From Lama guanicoe (lineage: Eukaryota), in assembly GCA_013239625.1 (NCBI GenBank), contig MU053482.1:3015168-3079167 (forward strand): DNA of 64,000 nucleotides, given 5' to 3'. Positions 54,271 to 64,000 of this stretch are shown piece by piece; the stretch's first letter is position 1; every line of letters begins with the position of its first letter. The notes below the pieces were generated by a model. That model did not search any database and was not told the origin of the DNA. It was given only the letters and a program-made list of their open reading frames with translations. A program made the translations under genes and the position numbers.

Positions 54271-55884
54271 CATATACACACACTTTCCTATAATAAATCT
54301 GAAAGCTCTTTTCCAAAAGTCTAGAGTATATTCATTTGAAAAATGTTTTATCCACTGCATATTCTATGGCATGACACCACACCTCTAAAACTAAAACCAC
54401 CTTTTTCTCCCAAGATCCCCACCATATCACTAGCTACTTATATTTTAACAATAACCATAGTACTCAATAAAAGTTTGAATAGAAATCACTTATTAAAGAA
54501 AAGATATAGCTACTAGTCATTAACAGTGTTTTTCATTTCATAAGCAATTTGAAATATAAACCAAATCCATACACAATTCAGAATAAGCATTTAAAAATTA
54601 TTTTAAAACAAAGTTCAAAGTTGAGGCTATCCTTTAGTTGTACAGATAGTCTATATAAAAATTCAAATTATGGGTTAAAGTTACTAAATTATTATATATT
54701 CAATTGTGTTTAGAAAATTCAAAAAGGACTCATGCCCCCAAATCTAGTGCTATTTGGTTTTCGAGCTGCTGTATCTGTACACTGCTGCCCTCTAACGGGC
54801 AGTCTGGTAAATATAGAGGACCACATTCACCATTTTACACCCAACTTGGTCACAATAATGACTTTTGAGAAGAAAGGAAAGAAATTTTAAGGCTCACTGA
54901 ACTCTGCATATTCTTGGAAACATATGCTTTTACTTGTAACCGCAAATGCATTTAGAGAAGTCCTTTGAAGATTACTGAGCTCATCAAAAACCCACAGCCC
55001 AATTTTGTTGTTGAGTCTCCATGCTGAAATAAGGAAATTAATTATTTTCTAACAGAAAAAAGAAGCAGCCAAATATTTATCTGATTCTAGAGAAATGCAA
55101 ATGTAAAGCAATATCTAGGGATTTAGACAACTACATGGTTATAGTGAACATAATTTTGTCAAAGGCAACCAAAAAAGCTGACAAAATGTACTATCATTTA
55201 GAGGGAATTTTAAAGTTGGACAGTGACTTTCAAGAAATGGGCTTTGTAATCCTGCTTTAAGAGTACAGTACAGCAATGGGAGGTACAATAATTTTTCTCA
55301 GACTTGAAAAAAAGACACACACATCATCTGGTCTGGAAACATGGATTTTTTTTCTTTTCTTTTCGGTGAGCTAAATGAGAATATGCCTAGGGTTTAAAGA
55401 AAACAAGGCTGAGAAAGTACTTCAAATAAAAGCAAAGCAAAACAAAACAAAACAAAAAGTCCCAAACCTAAATGGAAATCCAAAGTAGGCACACTGAGGG
55501 GAAAAAATTTGTTTCTACACACTGGTCTCAGCAATGAATGACAAATCAACGTGACCTTCTTAGAGGTTTCCAAGTTTCCTATACTAATTTAGGTATTTAA
55601 TAATTATTTAATGTATACCAATTGTACCTAGAGCTGAGTTACACAAATCCTTTCAAATACAGCCAAAACCAATACTATCATTGGACTAAATTGTTAAACA
55701 TTGAAAAGATGTAACTGAACTTTTAGAGTTGCTGGGTTGTGAACACAACATTGATGGAATGAAACTCTATTAATTTTCCATCCTGACAGACCTTTCAATG
55801 ATCACTCGATTGAATTAATGTCTCATCCTAATACAGAGAAATCTAGTGTATGACTTTAATATCTAATGTGCTGGTTGCCTAACC

Positions 55885-56103
55885 CAGGGTTTCTCATTAT
55901 AGACATTTTGGGCTAGATAATTCTTTGGTTGTGGGAGGTGGGGAGAAGTAGGTATCTTATATATTGTAAGATGTTTAGAAGCATCCCTGGCCTCTACTTA
56001 CTAGATACCAGTAGCACACCCTCTCCAGTTGAGACAACCAAAAATATTCCCAGATAGTGCCAAATTTCTGGAGGGAAGGGGTTGTCCCTGTTAAGAACAA
56101 TTG
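55885..56103 (+). mobile_element. MER20 (hAT-Charlie) DNA transposon
   Basis: cagggtttctca...gacattttgggctagataattctt...gcatccctggcctctacttactagataccagtagcac...gttaagaacaattg. Confidence 0.85.
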
Positions 56104-56221
56104 CTCTAATTTATGGCTCTGGATAGAGGCTTCATATTCTAAGGCAAGTATTCTTTTTACAAATACCAAGAGAGCACAAAGTGACTAGCTAAGAGACCTA
56201 ATACTCTCACTCACCTACTGA

Positions 56222-56970
56222 CATGCAAATTAAAACCATAAAAAGAACCACCACATACGTACTAGATTGGCTAAAAACAAAACAAAACAAAACAAAATTA
56301 AACAAACAAAAAACAAGTGAGTAATCAAGTGTTGGTGAAGATGTGCAGGAATGCAAAATGGTACAGACACTTAAAAATTAACAGTCTGGCAGTTTCTTAT
56401 AGAGTAAACATTTCGTTATCATCTTTTCAGCACCCTATTCCTAAATATTTACCCAAGAGAAATGATAATTTATGTTTGCACAAAAACCTGTATAAATGTT
56501 TAGCATGATTTTACTCATAATTGCCAAAATCATCCTGTTGTTGTTCAACAGATAAATAAAACTTTGGTTTTATTTATTTATTTGGTTTTATCACATAATG
56601 GAATACTACTCAACGATAAAAAGGAGTAACTGATATATACAGCAATATGGGTGAATCTGAAATGCATGATGCTAAGTGAAAGAAACAAACTAAAACAACT
56701 ACATAATGACTCTATGGAAAAGACAAAAACCAGAGACAGAACAGATCAGTTGCCAAGAATCTGAGGTGGTGGGAGGATGCAACTACAAGGGAGCATTACG
56801 AAAATTTGGGAAGGGGGAGGTGACAGAAATGCTCTATGTCTTTATTGTTGTGGTGCTGGTGGTAGTTGTATAACATTCATTTCTCAAAATCCATCAAACT
56901 GTACATTAAAAAGATTAAATTTTACTATATGTAAATTATATCACAGTAAATCATACTTAAAAATGAACAA
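56222..56970 (+). mobile_element. Old L1 (L1MC/ME-like) 3' end
   Basis: atgcaaattaaaacca...aagtgttggtgaagatgtg...atggaatactactca...ttttactatatgtaaattata. Confidence 0.8.
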
Positions 56971-59269
56971 ATAATCAGATAGGATCAGGGAAGGAGCTGG
57001 ATTTTTATGCTCTGGGTGTGGGGCCTCATTTCATCATAATAATCTAAATAAGTTTATATTTTGACTTTTTAAGGTGAAAGATGATCACAATTTTTTACTT
57101 CCCTCCTACAACAAACAACAACGGATCTCTTTATTCACAGTTGGCAAAGAATACCAATATCATCAATTTAGACTAAATGTGCCTGGTAGTGAAATTAACT
57201 TTCTGCGGAAATGTAAAAGGTCTAGATCTTACGTGATTTAGAATGGCTATTTCTGCATTTGGGCTTTGCTCTCTCGGTAGGATTTTAAACCTTATTTCTT
57301 TCAATGCTGGGCAATGAAATATCCATAAGGTACAAACAGAAATCTCATATTATTTTATAAGAAAGTCCAAGACCTCTCATTTTTCCTTTAACTTTTAAGA
57401 AAGCAGACAAATTACACAGTCCAGCAAATGTTTATGTACTATTGCAAAACAAATTAGAAAAACTACACGAAGTAAAACACATGTCCAACTGTTCAAGATG
57501 CCTTGGAAGGGAGATTTATAAAGCTCTTGTCCTGGTCTATCTTAATATTCTCATTTTGTGTGTAGTTAGTAGTCATTTATAAATGTATACCAAGAATCAC
57601 AGGGAAAGAGCAGGTAAGCGGCTGAATATGCTGTCATGCAGACATTAAGGCTTCTGAAAGCTGAAGTGGGCAGACTCACTATTATCACTCGGCTTGGAAA
57701 GAAAAGCTGTACCAACGTGTGGCCAATAATCTTCATGGTATAACCTTGCCAACGCTTACACATTTGTCTCTAGTAGATTTATTCCTTTCCTTCTTCATTC
57801 CACTTTCTCTTTCCCTTTTCCAGCAAAGTCACCATACATCTTTCTTAATTATTTGGAAGCTCCAGAAAGTTAAAAGAACAGCTAAACCCAGCTGCAATTC
57901 ATCCTACTCAGGTATACTCACATTCCTACAATTCATTCCTACTCACTAAAAAGCACTATGAAGGAGTGGTGAGAAGAGACTGGGAAATTCTGTTCATTTC
58001 TGAGGTACTTCAAAGAGAAGTGAAGGAGAGCAGCTAGGTACACATACCAGACTTCAGTGCAATAAAGTATTTACAAACATCTGAATGGAATCACCAGGTT
58101 TCAATTATACCCCAATAATAAGGAAACAGTCAAATTATATGGTTGGCTTTTGCTTACCAAAAGGGAATTTTAGAAATCTGATAAAAAAAAAATGACTAGT
58201 TAAAAATAGAACCATCTGGATTATTTTCCTTCCATTGAGACCATCCTTCCTCCCTTCCCCCAACTTCCTGTACAACCTAAAAAAGTAATTTTACCATCAT
58301 GTCTGCTTTTTAACTTTATAAAGTATTTACTTCAGCAATGTCAGGACCATTGTGGACTTTAGAATCTTAGAACCAGAAGGAATTTCATAAAGTCTGATGA
58401 CAGCCCACTGGGATATCCTCAAATACTCATTCATCATGTATGTGTATCCTCTTCTCAAGGATATTATGGGAATCATATACCTAGAAAATGTCTGAAACTA
58501 GTAGATGCCTAAAAAATACATACTGAATGAATGGAACTGATTAAATTAAATGAACATAATTAGATTGTGATGGTGAGGGAAAGTCTAGTAAGAGTTCGAG
58601 AAATGGAGAGTACATTTAAAAGGCGATTTCCATATCTTACCTAGTAATACAATCCCTCATGATGATCACTTTTAAAGTATTTTATAGGGTACAGGCCATT
58701 TGCATTTACGTTCACCCTTAAGAATGTATCACTACTAGATATTTATTTTATTGCAGTTTTCAGTTTTGTGTTGGCTTAGTGTACGCTAGGTATCATTAAA
58801 CTTAAATTCTAGAATGGCAAAAAAGGAATTTACTTTGTTTCTGTATCGAAATGGCTTGGCACACAGTCTTCATACACTGTGTAGTCAGTCATGTGACAGA
58901 CAAATCTGTGTCAGAACCCCAGCTCTGGTCACTTATTGGCTATAAAATTTGGCAGTTCTGGAATAGTCATGTAAAAACCTAAGAAATAAACATTCAGTTA
59001 TTAAAGGGATCAGTCCCAGAGCCTCAAACACTGATTCACAATTGATGTTTTGCTATTCTTTGAAATTCATCAATAAATCATTCCTAGTGGGCAAGGAAAA
59101 AAACTTTCTAATCTTCAATTTCCTTACATATCAACACCTGCCTTATTTATCTCACAGGATCATTTCCAAGATCAAATAAGAAAGTACATTAAAGTTCTTT
59201 ATAAAGAAAAAAGTATAACGTTAGCCATTGGAAGTACCACTGTTTTTCCAACTGGAGATGATCCAGCCT

Positions 59270-59488
59270 AATGGAGTGAAAGAACAGAGGCTTCGGAATT
59301 GGATAGAGGAAAACTCCTAAATTTAAAATCTGGTTTCAATCACTCAACAACTATATGAGCCTGAGCCAATAAAATGGGGATAATGACACCTATCTTACAC
59401 TGTTACGAGGATTAGAGATGATATATGTAAAGTGCCTAATCCCATGCCTGGCATGTTGTGCTAACCACTCAGTATTTATTATTATTAC
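59270..59488 (+). mobile_element. MIR SINE
   Basis: gtgaaagaacagaggctt...aaaatggggataatgacacctatct...tgttacgaggattagagatga...gtaaagtgcct...tgcctggca. Confidence 0.75.
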
Positions 59489-60150
59489 AATAGGTCAACA
59501 GAAATTTCTCATGTGATCATGCTATACATTACTTCTACACAGCCATCATAAGTGGCAAAGACCAGCACAGAACACAAGTTTTCCTTCTGAAAGATTATTT
59601 TTTTTTAACTGACTGCATTTCTTCTATCAGGGAGTATTTTCACCCTTGAGTTTCTGTAGTCACTTGACAGTTTCTTTTCTTTCTTTCAGCTTTCTACTCC
59701 TTGTATGTTCAAAACAACACAACTCAAAAGATTTTCCCCATCCAGTGGACATTCACTGTACCAGGCTAAAACAGAGTACATTGGTCTATTCTGTCTGAGG
59801 TAGCTCTGGTCTCTAATGAGTCTAATCTTTACATCTTCAAAATGCTCAACAGACTTTCTTAAGAAGACAGAGACCAAAATGAAAATTCAATGAAGGCAAA
59901 CGACAAATTGGAAAAATGTAACTAAGATGTTTTTATAATACAGCGATTGACAGGAAAATCACTTTGAAAAATGAGGTCTATTTTGATGCATAGTACCAAC
60001 TGTAATATACTGTAACTTACAGTCCCAAAGGCTTTAAATCAGAGCAAAAAACATGATCACTAGGAATATGAAGCTTTTTAGTTTTTCAAACACAAAACCT
60101 TATTAATACTTTTAAAATTAGTAACTGTCTAAGCAAATATACTTACTTAC

Positions 60151-60249
60151 ATTTTTGAATAGTTGCTCAGCAAGTTCTCTGACATGCTTTATCATCTTCA
60201 ACGGGTTATTTTCTTCAACTTTAATTCGCTCTACTTCAAAAGCTACCAA
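60151..60249 (-). CDS. SBF2: SBF2 coding exon, 99 nt, phase 0-0 (probably exon 13)
   Basis: Translates [33 protein letters not shown] (inside ORF 60118-60345). Acceptor ttcttttttcaAG, donor AAT|GTAAGT. Confidence 0.96.
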
Positions 60250-63200
60250 CTTGAAAAAAGAATCAAATGGCAAAACATCAACTGCAAAATATTCTGAATT
60301 AGAAAGCTGTGTGATGATGCCACACAATTTGAAAACAAAAAGCACCCAAAATATATACTCGTATTAAAACAAAATATTTTAGGTTTTTAATGGGTTTCAC
60401 CTCTATTCTAGAGTTAGCAAGTCAACTGAATCCTCAGATGTTCTGGTGGTCAGTCTCTGATGACTTAGAGTCTTATTTCTTGGGAAAAGTCATTTCTGGA
60501 ACTCAAGAGAGACTCTTTCATTCTCCAGGCCTCACTCAGGGAATTCTCACACTCAGAATTTCAGTCAGTCATAAAGTCTCCAAACATTTCCCTAACTTAC
60601 AAAATACGAACCAAATGTTCAAGTTAGGTCACTCTAGTCCTAGTTTTGCTAACAGTGTGATTTGGAGCAAGTCACTTTATAAAACTCCTGAGCTTCAATT
60701 TCTTCATCCCTAAAACAAGATGGAAGAACAAGATGACCTTTAGGCTCCTTCTAGTTCTCAAATTATATAAACTTTAATCCATTTCCCTATCAACTAATTT
60801 ACTGGGAGAGCTGTGTTAGTGTGTACACTTGGAATGGAGAAAAGAGTATTGACAGGAAAAAATGGGATGTGAGGAAGCGGTAAATAGATGGATGGCTTTT
60901 TTTTAAGTATATAACATAGAATTTTTCATTCTAGGAACTAACAGATTCACTGGAGCAGAGAGACATATAAAACTATGACTTCACCCATTCCAGGCCAGGA
61001 TTCAGAAAGACTGTCAAAGAAGGGCAAACGTTTCTTTCCTTTTAACAGGCCTATTTGATGAGAATGTGGGGACAAGAAAACACACAGTGCGAGCTGCTGC
61101 TCAAAGCTCCACAAAGCCTTCTGTGTGGTAGGCTGCCCTTGGCTAAATGAAAACAAAGATCCCTTTCTCAGGAGCAAATGCAATTTTCCTAAAAGCACAT
61201 TCCCATGCAAACCAATTAAATGGCCAAAGACGGTAGAAGGAGAAATTACTTAGGTCTGGTATCTCATTTCTTTTAGGCCCTTGACTGAAATATACATATG
61301 AACAGCTGGCTTTCAAGTAACATCAATAAGACACCAAAAATCATCACTCCAGGTACAACACAGAACTGGATGAATAAGAAGGGGAGACCCAGTAGGAATC
61401 TTGGACAGTCTTTGCCTTATCATTGTTTCCAACCTGGAGGATGTATATCTTGTATATACAAATGCATGTAATAAAAGATTAGTTGCCATATAAAGTTAAA
61501 GTCAAAAAATAAAACTTCATGCAGACTGGTAGCTCTCAGAGTCATCTACTATGGGAAAGTGTGGAGGAGGTGATGAGATATCAGCAAAGTATGAAAAATG
61601 GAATAAAAGGTAGAGGGGGAGCACCCCAGGCAAGGGAAGGACTTACAAAAATAGTCAGAGGCTATGGCAAGCTGGCAAGCAAGTTTTCTGGAAGTAATCA
61701 ACCTGACTTATTAGTTGTGAAGCTGCCAGAGAGAGTTACTAAAGGAATTTGGACAGAAACGAAAGGGGCACATAAACCAATTTACAATTTAAAATGCGTC
61801 AGAGACTAATAAAATGTAGGAGCAACAAAGGACCTCGGAGAACATCTAATTTATCCCCATAAAACATTATGCGTCAATTACTTAGTTTAAGATCTAAAGG
61901 CTGATATATGTTAGTACTAGATAGTCAGTGATCAATCATATTAGAGAATCCATGATCAATAACTTATCAAAAAGAACTGTCCACCGATTTTCATATGCTT
62001 TGTGTTATTATTAAATAAAGCATTTGGTGCAGATCTCCATACACAACTAAAACACATGCCTCTTCTTTCATTCTGATCTGTAAATACTTAACTATCTTTT
62101 CAGAGAATAAAAGATCCTTCTCTGAACCAAGGATCTTTAACAACTTGATTCCTAATTTCTCTATATAAAATAAAATCACCAGCAGCAAAATATTATTATT
62201 ACTATTCTCCGCTATTTTGGGTGTCAGGAGTGTTTTTCTTTTATAGACTTCTAAGAACTTTTAGATTTATTGGTTTCAATACAATGCTCTTCCAGAAATT
62301 GAAATGGGAGTAATATTCGTTGTTCTATCCACCAGAATGGGGTGCTGTGAACATAGTTAAATTGTAAATGGAAAGATGCATTAAAATAAGAAAAATCACT
62401 TAACACAAAACAGCATCCTTATTTTGAGTCATCTCTGTCCTAAATCTCCCTTTATATGGCCAATTCCTTGAAGACAGAAACTAAATTTGTCTTCTATATA
62501 TTTAATATCTCCTAAGGGAGCTAGACAAATGTTGATTACTGATTAGTAAGTATTCTTTATTTATATAATTGATATTATAACATATTAAAGAAGATGTGAT
62601 TATCTATAACTAAGATATTAAGTGTACTACAGAAATATTATATTTTATTCCATTTAATTCTTGCAAGAATTTAATAATCTATAAATCAAATTTCACCCTA
62701 AACCTGACCAACTTTTCTTGAGAGGTATAGGAAGATGATTGTCCTCCCTGGCTGACAGATAAATGGAGGGGAGATTATTATAGAGAATTACTTAATGTAC
62801 TGCAGTGGTCTCCAACCTTTTATGTTTAATGACACCTCTCAGTAAAAAAAAAAGTTTTCAGTACACTCCTCTAAGATAACTGTGTTTATAAATTATATAT
62901 ATATATATATATATGAACTACTACCTGCTTATTAAATTATTAGTAAAGTTTAATTTCCATTTTTTAGACAAAAATTAAGTAGCAACATTTTTTTCCAGTA
63001 ATATACCAGATCATCTTGTACACTATAATGAAGAAAACTGCTTTAGATAGTAAAAATACATGAAGACAAAAGACAAAAAAAAAATGGCTAAATGAAACTA
63101 TGGCTTTAGGACACTGATAGACTAAACATAACTGCAGTTTGAAATCACATATTTATACATTAAACTTGAGTCTTACAGAGAAAGGTCTAAGTTCTATTTT

Positions 63201-63445
63201 TACAATCAGTCAATTTTTCAAAAATATTTTAATCGATCATTTAAAATTCAGTTGTTCAAGATTTTTATGTACTTCTGAGACAGCCTATAATTATATTTTT
63301 TCTAATCCATATTATAAATACCAGATCTAATATGCACAATAGCAAATAGTATTTTTTATTTTGGTTAAATGTTTAAAATACTACTCTACTTTTATGTACT
63401 AGTCTAATTTTGTCTGTAAATAATGCATTCATTTGATAAGAACTA

Positions 63446-63595
<150 letters not shown>

Positions 63596-64000
63596 TTAAA
63601 TGAATAAGTTATCACTTAGTAATGGATGAATGGTCACAACAAAAATATAATAGGAAGCCTAAATGTCTTCATGCATAAATGTGTTGTTATAAAATACATT
63701 TCTCTCTAAAAGGGTTTTTGATACCTGAAATGCTACATGTATTAGAAAGAATAAAAATGAATGTCCATAAAGCAGGAGGAGAAATCAGAAAGAAATTAAT
63801 GTCAATTTTAAAAGAAAAATCAATTTAAAATTAACATTCCCTAAAGGATAATATGTCAGTTCCATAGTATTACTAAAAATTATCATCCTAGTCACATAAA
63901 GCAGAGATTTTAAATACCCACATTTGATAAATTAAGGTCAATATACATAGCTAGGAAAAGACAACTAAGTTGTTTTATTAAATTAGAGTCTACATTTTGG

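Overview
Mammalian genomic DNA: AT-rich, CpG-poor and dense in repeats. The window holds an internal part of SBF2 (MTMR13; DENN-domain myotubularin-related pseudophosphatase) on the minus strand. Six coding exons have canonical AG/GT boundaries (63449-63577, 60151-60249, 47606-47810, 42851-42960, 41012-41161, 8574-8642) and splice into one open frame of 254 codons; from memory of the human gene these are probably exons 12-17. The rest is intron, including a 32.4 kb intron, filled with L1 of several ages, L2, MIR, ERVL-type LTRs and DNA-transposon relics. Two Vic-1-like tRNA SINEs, with no Alu, B1, BovB or PRE-1 seen, suggest a camelid. Most ORFs in the supplied track are repeat fragments or chance ORFs. 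I see no new multi-gene system. The most unusual object is a ~320 bp element flanked by a target-site duplication (TSD) that joins an L1 5' end directly to an L1 3' end (42380-42704), a candidate non-autonomous mini-L1. Boundaries of old repeats are approximate, and subfamily names come from recalled consensus sequences, not a search.
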